Assembly (NCBI GenBank): GCA_963763775.1
Contig: CAVXPZ010000004.1
Coordinates: forward strand, 352,001 to 416,000
DNA length: 64,000 nucleotides
Origin: an uncultured Chloroflexia bacterium
GTDB lineage: Bacteria > Chloroflexota > Limnocylindria > Limnocylindrales > CSP1-4
Direction: 5' to 3'
Below the pieces are notes generated by a model. That model saw only the letters and a list, made by a program, of their open reading frames with translations, did no database searches and was not told the origin of the DNA. Every line of letters starts with the position of its first letter. The first letter of the stretch is position 1. The translations under genes and the position numbers were made by a program. Shown one piece after another: positions 1-10,305 of this stretch.

Positions 1-130
1 TGCCGGCGCCGTTGGGACCCAGCAACCCGACGAGTTCGCCGCGGCCGACATCGAGGTCGATGGCGTCGAGCGCGACCGTCGACCCGTACCGCTTCGTGAC
101 CGCGCGAAGCTCGATCACCGGGTCTGACAC
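1..130 (-). CDS. ABC transporter ATP-binding protein (N-terminal part; runs off window)
   Basis: Manual translation from GTG at 130: [43 protein letters not shown], which ends in the start of Walker A. Confidence 0.85.
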   Translation of the reverse strand, partial: MSDPVIELRAVTKRYGSTVALDAIDLDVGRGELVGLLGPNGAG

Positions 131-201
131 GCTAGCTGTCACACGACCCCTCGAAGCTTCGGTCCGATGGCGGATGCCCCGCCGGGACGGGAGACCGAGC
201 G

Positions 202-345
202 ATGCTCATCGTGGATTGCCCCTGGTGCGAGGACCGGATGGTCCTCGATGATGCGCCGACGGCGGTCGGCACGTGCGAGACCTGCGGGATCAGCGCGGAC
301 GTCTCGTTCGAGGCGGCGGCCGACGCGATGCCCCTGGCCGCCTGA
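202..345 (+). CDS. 47-aa zinc-ribbon-like small protein (CPWC-x15-CETC)
   Basis: ATG 202 to TGA 345: [47 protein letters not shown]; GGAG upstream; GC3-rich codons; fills the gap between flanking genes; below the ORF-track cutoff. Confidence 0.65.
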   Translation: MLIVDCPWCEDRMVLDDAPTAVGTCETCGISADVSFEAAADAMPLAA

Positions 346-354
346 GGGACGCCC

Positions 355-1620
355 TCAGCGCGGTTGGAGTGACGTCATCCGGAGGACGCGCACCGGTGCG
401 CACGCGAGGCTGACGAGGCAGATCGCCACGCCCATCGCGCCGATCACGGCGGACCCGGACGTGAGGTCGATGACGGCGCCGCCCACGATCAAGCCGATCG
501 GCTGCAGGCCGAGCGACACCGTCCGGGCCGTGCTGGCGATCCGGCCAAGCAGCTCGTCGGGCGAGTACGAGGCGCGGACCGTGATGTAGGTCAGGAGCAC
601 CATCATCTGGGCGATCCCGGCGACGAACGCGGCCCCGACAAGGGCCGGCACGCTCGTCACGGTGGCCACGATCACCAGGCTTGCGCCCATCAGCACGTTG
701 CCCCCGAGCAGCATCGGCCCGATGCGCCGGCGGTTCGAGGTACGTGCCGTGATGAGTGACCCGATGACCGTGCCTGCCCCGTAGCCGGTGAGGATCACGC
801 CCAGGACCGCCGGCGGATCGCCGAGGTCGCGGGTCACCATGACCGCGAGCGCCGTGACGAGCGGTGCGGTCAATGTGGAGATCGCGCCCCAGAACAGGAT
901 CACGGCGCGCAGGACCGGGTTCTTGGCGATGTAGTCGATGCCCTCGCGGATCTCCGCGAGGAAGCGCCCGTGCACGCGGTCGATCGGGGCCCGCAGGTCA
1001 CGCCGAACGAGGAGCAGGCCGGCGGCGGAGATCGCGAAGGACACGGCGTCGATCGCGAGCGTCGGGCCAGGGCCGATCGAGGTCGCAAGGAGGCCGGCGA
1101 TCGCGGGGCCGATGATGAAGCTGACCGAGTAGACCGCCTCGAAATAGCCATTGGCGCGGCCGATCTGGGGGCGGCCGACCAGCGCGGGCACTGACGCGAT
1201 GTACCCGGCCATGAAGAACGAGCGGAGGACGCTCATCGGTCCCGCGACCAGGAGGATGACGGCCATCGTCGGACCGCCGACGTGGATCGAGATCGGGATC
1301 AAGGCGGTCAGGACCGCCCGGCCGAAGTCGGCGAGCAGCATCATCCGCTTGCGGTCGCTCCGGTCGGCGATGACGCCAGCCACCATCGCGAACGCGAGGT
1401 CCGCGAGCGCCTGGATCGCGCTCACGACACCCATGGCCAAACCGGACCCGGTCAGGGCCAGGACGAGCAGCGGCAGGGCCGTGAACGTGACGGCGTCCCC
1501 GAGCGACGAGATGCTCTGCGTCGCGAGGACGACGATGAAGTCGTGGTTCCGCGAGAGCGGCTCCGGGCGCGGCTCGGCGCGGGCCACGGGCGTGGGCGAT
1601 GCGTCGATGGCCTCGGACAT
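355..1620 (-). CDS. MFS transporter (DHA3/EntS-like)
   Basis: About 12 hydrophobic segments; motif A GVIADRSDRKR. Confidence 0.9.
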   Translation of the reverse strand: MSEAIDASPTPVARAEPRPEPLSRNHDFIVVLATQSISSLGDAVTFTALPLLVLALTGSGLAMGVVSAIQALADLAFAMVAGVIADRSDRKRMMLLADFGRAVLTALIPISIHVGGPTMAVILLVAGPMSVLRSFFMAGYIASVPALVGRPQIGRANGYFEAVYSVSFIIGPAIAGLLATSIGPGPTLAIDAVSFAISAAGLLLVRRDLRAPIDRVHGRFLAEIREGIDYIAKNPVLRAVILFWGAISTLTAPLVTALAVMVTRDLGDPPAVLGVILTGYGAGTVIGSLITARTSNRRRIGPMLLGGNVLMGASLVIVATVTSVPALVGAAFVAGIAQMMVLLTYITVRASYSPDELLGRIASTARTVSLGLQPIGLIVGGAVIDLTSGSAVIGAMGVAICLVSLACAPVRVLRMTSLQPR

Positions 1621-1694
1621 CCCGCGATGGTAGCGGCGGGTCGCGGCCTGTCGGCGATCGCATCGGCGTCGTGCACGGCGGCTAGGATGCGCGA

Positions 1695-2330
1695 ATGGAA
1701 CTCGCGCACGCGGCCGAGTCGATGATCGCGTCGGGTCGACGCCTCGGTCAGCGTGGGCTGATCTCGGGCGCCGAGGGCAACCTGTCGATCCGCCTCGACG
1801 CGGACCGGCTGCTGACGTCCCCGACCGGCCGTCGCAAGGACGAGCTCGACGCCGACGACCTCGTCATCGTGTGGCTCGGTCATCCGGATCGCGACGCGCG
1901 GTCGGTCTCGGGCCTGCCGCCGTCGTCGGATCTCGCGATCCACCTCGCGCTGTATCGGGCCCGTCCCGACATCGGGGCCGTGGTCCACGCCCATCTGCCG
2001 GCCGCGATGGCGCTCACGGTGGCCGGCGAACGGCCCGATCCAGCGATGCTGCCCGAGACCGCCTTCCACCTGCCCCGACTCCCGGTGGTCGCCGGCGGGG
2101 AGATGGGCAGCGTCGATGTCGCCGACCGCGTGGCCGCGGCGCTCTCGGAGCCGCCGGCGCCCCTGCCGAACGCGGCGATCCTCGAGCGGCACGGGGCCTA
2201 CTCGGTGGGCGAGGACCTCGTGGTCGCCGTCGACCGACTGGAGCTCGTCGAGGTCCTCTGCCGGACGTGCCGCGATGCGCTCCTGATTCGCGCGGCACGC
2301 GCCGCGGTGGGTATGGTGTCCCCGGACTGA
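1695..2330 (+). CDS. Class II aldolase/adducin family protein
   Basis: EGNLS, PSSD..IH, VVHAH and LERHG motifs. Confidence 0.9.
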   Translation: MELAHAAESMIASGRRLGQRGLISGAEGNLSIRLDADRLLTSPTGRRKDELDADDLVIVWLGHPDRDARSVSGLPPSSDLAIHLALYRARPDIGAVVHAHLPAAMALTVAGERPDPAMLPETAFHLPRLPVVAGGEMGSVDVADRVAAALSEPPAPLPNAAILERHGAYSVGEDLVVAVDRLELVEVLCRTCRDALLIRAARAAVGMVSPD

Positions 2331-2366
2331 CGCCTTCGGCGTCGGAGGGAATCCACGGGAGGGCAC

Positions 2367-3080
2367 ATGAATACGCGCGCCTATCTGGCGGAGTTGGTCG
2401 GTACGACCCTGTTCCTGACGCTGGGCTATGCCTCGGTCGGCGCGATCACCGCCGCCTCGGTCCCGACGAGCAATCTGCTCGTCGTCCCCTTCGCGTTCGG
2501 CCTGGGGCTGCTCGCGGCGGTCTTCATGTTCGGGCACGTGTCGGGTGGGCACTTCAATCCGGCGGTCACCATCGCCATGGTCCTCGACAAGCGGACCACC
2601 CCGATCGATGCCATCGGATACATCTCGGCGCAGATCATCGGCTCGCTGATCGCCGCGGTCATCGTGATGGTCGCGGTGAGCCAGAAGACCGTCGCCGACG
2701 GGATCACCAAGCCGGGCACGGGCATGACGGACGCCGGCGCGTTGATCCTCGAGACCGTCTTCACGGCGACGTTCCTGCTGGTCATCCTGACGGCCACGAA
2801 GCGGGCTCCGGCCCTCGCCGCGCTCGCCATCCCCCTGACGCTGGTCGCGATCCACTTCGCGGACGCCACGCTGAGCGGCGCCTCGGTGAACCCGGCCCGC
2901 TCGATCGGCTCGGCCGTCGTCGGCGGCGATCTGACGGGGATCTGGATCTACATCGTCGGCCCGATCCTCGGCGGCATCATCGGCTGGGGCATCTGGCGCG
3001 GGATCGACGGCGGCAAGGAGACGTTCGAACCGGCGATCGTCGTCGGGGAACTGGAGCGGACAGAGATCGCCAAGGGGTAG
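2367..3080 (+). CDS. Aquaporin (MIP family, AqpZ-like)
   Basis: SGGHFNPAVT and SVNPARS NPA motifs; 6 TM. Confidence 0.95.
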   Translation: MNTRAYLAELVGTTLFLTLGYASVGAITAASVPTSNLLVVPFAFGLGLLAAVFMFGHVSGGHFNPAVTIAMVLDKRTTPIDAIGYISAQIIGSLIAAVIVMVAVSQKTVADGITKPGTGMTDAGALILETVFTATFLLVILTATKRAPALAALAIPLTLVAIHFADATLSGASVNPARSIGSAVVGGDLTGIWIYIVGPILGGIIGWGIWRGIDGGKETFEPAIVVGELERTEIAKG

Positions 3081-3106
3081 CTCGCCCATCGCGAACCGAA
3101 CGCCCG

Positions 3107-3664
3107 TCAGAGGTCCTCGAGGCTGAACCGACGGGCGTTCCCCATCTGTCCCCAGACGCGGGCCTGGGTCACCGCGAGCATCTGGCGGACGTGGTTGCGG
3201 TCGTGGTGGACCCACTCCCCGAGCAGCTCGTCGACGCGCAGCGGTCCCACGTCCGGGTGCAGGCCCACACGACCGAGGTCCGCGGCCGTCAATCCCCGGA
3301 CGAGCTCGACGCCGTCGCGACGCAGCCCGGCGAACTCGGCCGCCAGGTCGGCTCCCGGCCTCTCGTGGTCGCGCCGGGCCTCGGCGACCGCCGGCGGGTC
3401 CCACGCCTCGAGATCCGGCGGGATGTCGGGACGGTCGCCCGACAGGATCAAGCGGATCCGGCCGGCGAACCCGCGCCGTTCGGCTTCGATCAGGTGCCCG
3501 ACACACTCGTTGGCGCTCCACTCGCCCGGCTCGGGCCGCCAGCCGCCGTCCGGGCCGAGGGCGCCGAGCTCGGCGAGGATCGTGGCGCTCGAGGCGGCCA
3601 GAAGGTCGGCGACGACCGCCGGCGGCAGCGCCGCCATCGCGGGCGCGTCGGCGGCGTCGGTCAT
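3107..3664 (-). CDS. DinB/YfiT family protein
   Basis: WSANECVGHL and HDRNH metal-binding His motifs; ATG 3664 overlaps the upstream stop (ATGA). Confidence 0.85.
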   Translation of the reverse strand: MTDAADAPAMAALPPAVVADLLAASSATILAELGALGPDGGWRPEPGEWSANECVGHLIEAERRGFAGRIRLILSGDRPDIPPDLEAWDPPAVAEARRDHERPGADLAAEFAGLRRDGVELVRGLTAADLGRVGLHPDVGPLRVDELLGEWVHHDRNHVRQMLAVTQARVWGQMGNARRFSLEDL

Positions 3665-4890
3665 CCGGCGGCGGCGCCGGGCGGCGGCGTGGCGGCGGGA
3701 GCCTCGGCGGCGGCAGTCGGCGCCGTAGGCGCGGCGGCGTCCGGTGCCGCACCGTCGGTCTGTGGCGCGCCGTCGGTCGGAGCGCCGTCGGGGGCCGCGT
3801 CCTCTGCGGCCGGGCCCGCGGCGCTGTGAGCGACCGCGACCGCGGACACGCCCACCGTCTCGGCCGGCGTCCGCGACGGCATGACCGGCAACGCCCGGCC
3901 GCCCTCGGCGAGCCAGCATGCCGCCGACTGCCCTGCCCCGACGTCGAAGAGCGGCGGCTCATCGGTCTTGCAGCGGTCGAACGCCAGCGGACAGCGCGGG
4001 TGGAACCGGCATCCCGACGGGACCCGCGCGGCATCCGGCGTCTCGCCGACGAGGATCGTGCGACGCGGGCCGCCCTCGGAAGGCGGTTCGGGGGTCGGCG
4101 ACACCGAGACGAGGGCGGCCGTGTAGGGATGATGCGGGGAGCGGATGACCTGGTCCGCAGGGCCGATCTCCATGATCTTGCCGAGGTACATCACGGCGAT
4201 CCGGTCGGCGATCACCCACGCGAGTGACAGGTCGTGGGTGATGAACAGATACGTCAGGCCGCGCTCCTGACGCAGGTCCAGCATCAGGCGAAGGAGCTCG
4301 GTCCGGATGGAGACGTCGAGCATCGAGACCGGCTCGTCGGCCACCACGAGCTGTGGCCCCATCGCCAGGGCCCCGGCGATGACCACGCGCTGACGCTGGC
4401 CGCCCGAAAGCTCATGCGGATATCGGAACGCGAAGTCCGCCGGCAGCCCGGCGGATTCCAGCGCCGACCGCACGCGGGCCTCGCGGTCCGCGAGCTGTGG
4501 GGCGATGCCGTTGACCTCGAGCGGTTCGGCGACGAAGTCGTGGATCGTCTGCTTGGGGTTGAGTGTCTCGTACGGGTCCTGGAAGATCAGCTGGACCCGC
4601 TTGCGATACGCCCGCAGCGCCTTGGTCCCCCACAGGGTCGAGACGTCCTCACCGTCGAACGTGATCGTCCCGGCCGTCTGCTTCGTCAGCTTCACGATCA
4701 CCCGCCCGACCGTGGTCTTGCCCGACCCGGACTCGCCGACCAGGCCAAGGACTTCGCCTTCCTCGATCGCGAGTTCGATGCCGTCCACGGCGCGGACGGC
4801 GCCGCGCGGACGTCGCTGGATCGAATCCATGATGCCGGCCCGGATCGGGAAGTGGACCTCGAGACCGGCGACGCGGATGAGCTCCTTCAC
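3661..4890 (-). CDS. oppF: Oligopeptide/dipeptide ABC ATP-binding protein (OppF-like)
   Basis: GESGSGKTT, LSGGQRQR and GCRFHPRC; GTG start at 4890 overlaps the upstream stop. Confidence 0.9.
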   Translation of the reverse strand: MKELIRVAGLEVHFPIRAGIMDSIQRRPRGAVRAVDGIELAIEEGEVLGLVGESGSGKTTVGRVIVKLTKQTAGTITFDGEDVSTLWGTKALRAYRKRVQLIFQDPYETLNPKQTIHDFVAEPLEVNGIAPQLADREARVRSALESAGLPADFAFRYPHELSGGQRQRVVIAGALAMGPQLVVADEPVSMLDVSIRTELLRLMLDLRQERGLTYLFITHDLSLAWVIADRIAVMYLGKIMEIGPADQVIRSPHHPYTAALVSVSPTPEPPSEGGPRRTILVGETPDAARVPSGCRFHPRCPLAFDRCKTDEPPLFDVGAGQSAACWLAEGGRALPVMPSRTPAETVGVSAVAVAHSAAGPAAEDAAPDGAPTDGAPQTDGAAPDAAAPTAPTAAAEAPAATPPPGAAAG

Positions 4891-6224
4891 GCCGGCGCCT
4901 CGGCCGTGGCGACGGCCGCCGCCGAGGTGGCCGCCGGCGCGCTCGCGCCGCTCGTCGGCCCGGACGTGCCGTTCCCGGACCCGACCCCTGCGGGGTAGCC
5001 GCTGCTTCGGCGTGACGCGACGTCCTCGGCGCTGATCAGGACCCCGCCGGACTGGCCGGCGGGATGCAGGTGGCAGGCGACGCGCACGCCGTCCGGGAAG
5101 AGCACCTCGGGCGGCACGACCTCTCGGCAGATGTCCATCGCGGCCGGACACCGCGGATGGAACCGGCAGCCGGGCGGCGGCTCGCGCAGGTCGGGCGGCG
5201 TCCCGGGGATCGTCTCGAGGTTGCGCCGGTCCGCGCTGATGTTCGGGAAGGCCCCGAGCAGTTTCTGCGTGTACGGATGCCGGGGCGCGGTGAAGATCCG
5301 CCGGACCGGCCCCTCCTCGGCCACCTTGCCCGCGTACATGATCAGCGTCCGGTCGCAGGTCTCCGCGATCACCGATAGGTCGTGGGTGATGAGCATCAGC
5401 GAGAGCCCGAGCTCGCGCCGCAGGCGCTCGAGCAGCTCGAGGATCTGCGCCTGGACCATGACGTCGAGCGCGGTCGTCGGCTCGTCGCCGATGACGATCG
5501 CCGGGTCGCAGGCCAGGGCCATGGCGATCATCGCGCGCTGGCGCATGCCGCCGGAGAGCTCGTGCGGATAGGCGTCGGAGCGCTTGCGCGGGATCCCGAC
5601 GAGCTCGAGCAACTCCCCGGCGCGCTTGCGCGACCGGTCGCGCGACTCGCCCAGCCGGATCTCGATCGGCTCCGCGATCTGCTCGCCGACCCGGCGGACC
5701 GGGTTCAGCGCGTTCATCGCCCCCTGGAAGACGATGCTGATCTCGCGCCATCGGTAGCGTCGGAGCTGCTCCTCGGTCTTCGGCACCAGGTCGATGCCGA
5801 ACAGCTCGATGCTGCTCCCCTTCCGGATGCGGGCGTTGGCCGGCAGGATGCGGACCATCGAGAGGGCGGTCGTCGTCTTGCCGCAGCCGGACTCGCCAGC
5901 GAGCCCGAGCGCCTCACCGTCGTTGAGCCGGAACGAGACGCCGTCGACCGCCTTCACCCAGCCGCTCTCGAGCTTGAAGTGCGTGCGCAGGTCCTTCACC
6001 ACGAGGAGCGGCGCCGTCGGGTCGGCGAGCTTCGGCAGCGGCCACTGGCGACGGCCGCGGATGGTCTCCATGTCCGCATGCAGCAGTCCCGGGTCCACGG
6101 GCGTGTCGCCGCCCGTCGCGGCGGCGATCCGGGCGGCCTCCAGCGCCTCGGCGTCCTCCTCGATCACGTGGTCGTGATCGCGCAGTTCGCGGGCGACGCG
6201 CAGTTCCTCGCGAGGGTCGGTCAC
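4887..6224 (-). CDS. oppD: Oligopeptide/dipeptide ABC ATP-binding protein (OppD-like)
   Basis: [25 protein letters not shown] and GCRFHPRC; GTG start at 6224. Confidence 0.9.
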   Translation of the reverse strand: MTDPREELRVARELRDHDHVIEEDAEALEAARIAAATGGDTPVDPGLLHADMETIRGRRQWPLPKLADPTAPLLVVKDLRTHFKLESGWVKAVDGVSFRLNDGEALGLAGESGCGKTTTALSMVRILPANARIRKGSSIELFGIDLVPKTEEQLRRYRWREISIVFQGAMNALNPVRRVGEQIAEPIEIRLGESRDRSRKRAGELLELVGIPRKRSDAYPHELSGGMRQRAMIAMALACDPAIVIGDEPTTALDVMVQAQILELLERLRRELGLSLMLITHDLSVIAETCDRTLIMYAGKVAEEGPVRRIFTAPRHPYTQKLLGAFPNISADRRNLETIPGTPPDLREPPPGCRFHPRCPAAMDICREVVPPEVLFPDGVRVACHLHPAGQSGGVLISAEDVASRRSSGYPAGVGSGNGTSGPTSGASAPAATSAAAVATAEAPA

Positions 6225-7180
6225 CGGCGCACCTGCGACTTCGGGTTGAGGATGTCGTCGAGCGCGTTGCCGACGAGGGTGAAGGACAGCACCACGAGCA
6301 CCACGCACACGGCGGGCGGCGCGATGTACCACCACGCGCCGAGGCCCGGCGCGCCGGCCTGCTGCGCCGCGTCGAGGATCTGGCCCCAGGACGGCGCGAA
6401 CGGGTCGCCGAGGCCGATGAAGGCCAGGCTGGTCTCGATGAAGACCGCCGCCGCGAAGGTGATGACCGCCTGGGCCACGATGAGATTCACGACGTTCGGG
6501 AAGATGTGCCGCCGCATGATGTGGCCGGGGCCGCTGCCGATGACCCGCGCACGGTCCACGAACATGCGCTCCCGGATCGAGAGCGTCTGCGAGCGGATGA
6601 TCCGGGCGGTCGTCGCCCACGAGGTGATGCCGATGACGATGACGATGACGAGCAGCGTCGCCCGGAGCCCCATGAACTCGGCCTCCGGCCCGATGATGTC
6701 GAGGATGACGGGCGCGAGGATGATCGCGAGGACGAACGTCGGCAGGACCAGGAAGAAGTCCGTGACCCGCATCAGGCCGCTGTCGGTCTTGCCGCCGACG
6801 TAGCCGGCGATGACGCCGATCAGGGCGCCGACGAAGACCGTGATCACCGTCGCGAGGAGCCCGATCGACATCGAGATCCGCGCCCCGTGGACCGTGAGGT
6901 TGAGGATGTCGCGACCGAGCTCGTCCGTCCCGAAGATGTGGGCGGCCGACGAGGGCTCGAGTGCCGTGCCCGTGGCGGTCGTCGCCGTCTCGAGCGGCCC
7001 GACGAACAGCTGCGGCGCGATCGCCATCACCGAGAAGAACAGCAGGATGATGAACCCGATCACGCCGTCGCGACGTTGCGAGAACCGGCGGATGAACGTC
7101 CGGGCACCCTTCGCCCGGAGACGCCAGCGCTCGGCCCGGAGCTCACGGGCGGTCGGGGCCGCCGGCGTCAGCGCGCTCAT
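6221..7180 (-). CDS. oppC: ABC peptide transporter permease (OppC-like)
   Basis: FGTDELGRD, EAA-like loop and RHIFPN. Confidence 0.9.
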   Translation of the reverse strand: MSALTPAAPTARELRAERWRLRAKGARTFIRRFSQRRDGVIGFIILLFFSVMAIAPQLFVGPLETATTATGTALEPSSAAHIFGTDELGRDILNLTVHGARISMSIGLLATVITVFVGALIGVIAGYVGGKTDSGLMRVTDFFLVLPTFVLAIILAPVILDIIGPEAEFMGLRATLLVIVIVIGITSWATTARIIRSQTLSIRERMFVDRARVIGSGPGHIMRRHIFPNVVNLIVAQAVITFAAAVFIETSLAFIGLGDPFAPSWGQILDAAQQAGAPGLGAWWYIAPPAVCVVLVVLSFTLVGNALDDILNPKSQVRR

Positions 7181-8151
7181 GCCCGGACCCGTGGATCGAG
7201 CCGGCCGTAGACGAGGTCCGCGGCCAGGTTGCCGAGCACGACCGTGACCGAGAGCAGCAGGAAGATCCCCTGCAGGACCGGGTAGTCGCGGGCGTCGAGC
7301 GCGTCGACCGTGAGCGTCCCGAGCCCCGGCCAGTTGAACACGACCTCGGCGGTGATCGCCCCGGCGACCACGTACCCGAGGTTGATCGCGATGATCGTCA
7401 CCATGGGCAGCATCGCGTTCGGGAACGCATGCTGTCGGAGGATCCGGCTGTCCTTGAGGCCCTTGGCGCGCGCCGTGGTCACGTAGTCCTCGGAGCGGGT
7501 CTCGATGATCGCCGACCGCATGATGATGCTGTACCCGCCGATCAGGCCCAGGGTGATCGTGGTCAGCGGCAGCACGAGGTGACGCAGGAAGTCGAAGAAC
7601 TGCGCGGCCGGTGACGCGAACTGCGCACCCGGGGTGAGCATGCCCGACGTGGGGAACCATCCGAGGTTGGCGGCGAAGATGATGATCAGCGGCATGCCGA
7701 TGACGAAGTACGGCATCGAGTAGAGGATCAGGCCGACGCCGTTCCCGACCCGGTCGCCGGTGCTCCCCCGTCTCCAGCCCGAGTACGACCCGATCGCGAG
7801 ACCCACGAAGATCGCGATGAGCTCGGCCAGGCCGATGAGGATGACGGTCGGCCAGAACCGGCTGCCGATGACCTCGGCGACGGACTGGCCCCGGAACTTC
7901 AACGAGTAGCCGAGGTCACCGGTGAGCGTGGCCTTGACGTAGCCGACCAGCTGGTCCGGGACGAGCGGCTTGTCCAGCCCCCACTCCTTGCGGACCTGCT
8001 CGATCTTCTCCGCGGTCAGATACGGGTTGCGCAGCAGGACCCGCTCCGGCGAGCCCGGCATCATCCGGAACAGCAGGAAGTTGAGCAGGACGATCGCGAA
8101 GATCGTGACGATCGCCTGTGCCGTCTTGCGGGCGATGTAGCGGCCGCTCAT
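7177..8151 (-). CDS. oppB: ABC peptide transporter permease (OppB-like)
   Basis: GDLGYS, EDYVTTARAKGL and DPRV C-terminus. Confidence 0.9.
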   Translation of the reverse strand: MSGRYIARKTAQAIVTIFAIVLLNFLLFRMMPGSPERVLLRNPYLTAEKIEQVRKEWGLDKPLVPDQLVGYVKATLTGDLGYSLKFRGQSVAEVIGSRFWPTVILIGLAELIAIFVGLAIGSYSGWRRGSTGDRVGNGVGLILYSMPYFVIGMPLIIIFAANLGWFPTSGMLTPGAQFASPAAQFFDFLRHLVLPLTTITLGLIGGYSIIMRSAIIETRSEDYVTTARAKGLKDSRILRQHAFPNAMLPMVTIIAINLGYVVAGAITAEVVFNWPGLGTLTVDALDARDYPVLQGIFLLLSVTVVLGNLAADLVYGRLDPRVRA

Positions 8152-8208
8152 CCCACGTGGACCCTCAGGCGGTCATTCGACGCAGGGTGCAGCAGCCGCT
8201 ACCGTCCA

Positions 8209-10184
8209 TCACTCGTCCTCGTCGTCGTCCGGCTTCGAGCCGCCGCTCCGACGACGGGCCAGGCCCACGCCCACGACGACGACCACCACGAGCACCACGA
8301 TCGCGAGCAGGATCGGCGTGTTGTCCGAGCTCGACGAGCCCGAGCCGGTGCCGCCCGAGGCGGCCGGCGTCGGGGCGGCGGACGCGCCGGCCGAGGCCGA
8401 CGCCGACCCCGACCCGGACGGGGCTTCCGCGGATGGCGCCGCGGATGGCACGGCCGTGGCGTCGGTCAGGAGCGTGTAGCCGAGCGTGCCGTAGGTGAAC
8501 AGCGGCGTCCCGTTGGCCGTCGGCTGGTTCTGCCAGCCCGTGAAGACGTCGGTGCGATAGGCGTCGAGGTTCGAGTCGTAGAACAGGATGTCGTACGGCG
8601 CCTGGTCGTAGATCATGTCCTGCATCTGCTTGAGGATCGCCTTGCGCTCGTCGTCCGACGCGGCGTTGAGCTGCTGGTCGTAGAGCTTGTCGAACTCCGG
8701 GTTGCAGTACTGGCTGTCCGACGAGCTGCCGATGGCGTCGCACTTGAAGATCTGGAGCAGGGCGTTCGGGTCGACGTTGCCGCTCCAGCCCCAGAGCTCG
8801 ATGTCGTAGTTGGCGGTGTAGCCGTCGCCGGCCTCGGGCGGCAGCACCTTGTCGCCGAGCGTGGCCGAGTCGAGGACCTGGGTGGTCACCTTGATGCCGA
8901 GCTGCTTGTACCAGTCGACGATGAACGCCGCGGCCTTCGGGTAGGTGTCGTTGGTGTTCGGCATGAACATCCGGAGCGTGATCGGCTTGCCTTCCTTGTC
9001 GAGGCGGTTGCCGTTCGCATCGAGCGGGTAGCCCGGCCGCGTCGAGCTTCTGCTTCGCGAGCTCGATGTCGAAGTGGCCGCGGCGTGGTCGGGTCGTCGT
9101 GCCACTGCGTCAGGACCGGGCGGGACGATCGTCGTACCCGGGGTCGCCGAAGCCGCCGAGGACCTTGTCGACCAGGAGCTGACGGTCGACCGCGTAGCCA
9201 AGCGCGTCACGGAAAGCCGGGTCGAGCAGCGCCTTGGTGGACGGCCCGCCGCCCTTGATCGTCTTGCCCGTCCCGGTGCCGTAGGTGTTGAACGCGAGCT
9301 GCGTCCAGCCGTTGGCCGAGCCGACGACGGTCTGGATGTTCGGCTCGGTCTTGAGCGCCTTGAGCTGCTCGGCGTTGATGTCGTGCGCGTAGTCGATCTC
9401 GCCGGCCTTGAGCGCCTGGACCATCGTGTCCGCGGTCTTGAAGATCTGGATGACGACCTCGTCCGGCGAACGGCTTGGGGCCCCAGTAGTTCGGGTTCCG
9501 CTCGAACCGGACGAACTGGCCGGTCTGCCACTCGACGGCCTGGTACGGGCCGGTGCCGACGAGCGCCTCGCCGTCCTTGAGCGGCGCGTCGAACTTCGCG
9601 TCGCCGATGGTCTTGCTGGTCTCCTTGCCCCAGATGTGCTTGGGGATGATCGGGAGATAGGTCTCGAGGACGCGGTCGGAGGCGTCCTCCGTGTAGGCGA
9701 TCATCGTGGAGTCGTCCGGGCACTCGACCTTCGTGACCTTGGCGTCGTCGAGGCCGGGGTCCAGATAGCCGGCGCCGAGGCTGCCGGCGCCGCCGTCCTT
9801 GATGGCGTCGAGCGCGAGCTGCCACGAGAAGCAGGCGTCGGCCGAGGTGGCCGGCGTGCCGTCGGACCACTTCATCCCGTCGCGGATGTGGAAGGTCCAG
9901 GACTTGCCGTCCGCGGCACGCTCCCACTTGTCGGCGAATCCGGGGATCGGCTCGAGGTCCGGGCCGAAGTCGACGAGCAGGTTGTAGTTGAGCTGGAACG
10001 CCTCGTACCCGACGACGAGCAGCGTCGCGTACGGGTTGAGGGAGTCGAGGTCCTGGGTCGTGCCGACCCGCAGGATGACGGGGTCGGCGGCCGCGGCTGG
10101 TGTGCCGGCGGGGAGCACGAGCGCGGCCGCGATGGCGCCCGCAGCCAGGACTCGCGCCGTTCGGGCGCGAAGGGATGATCGCAT
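8209..10184 (-). CDS. Family 5 ABC substrate-binding protein with C-terminal TM anchor (several frameshifts at about 9040-9470)
   Basis: Signal peptide, WTFHIRDGMKWSDG and GTGPY in frame 9207..10184; middle in 9110..9424; C-terminus with S/A/P linker and TM in the frame ending 8209. Confidence 0.85.
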
Positions 10185-10305
10185 CAGTCGAGTCTCCTCC
10201 TGAGGGGCCCTCCCGCCCGAGTGCGGCGTACGTTGGCACAGGCTGGCGAGGCGTGCAAGGACGGGCTCACTTGACGGGCCGGGAACCGTCGTGGGCCCTC
10301 GGGGA

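Noticed and set aside
202-345. LysW carrier protein
   Set aside because: Similar Cys spacing, but lacks the C-terminal EDWGE and has no lys/arg genes nearby
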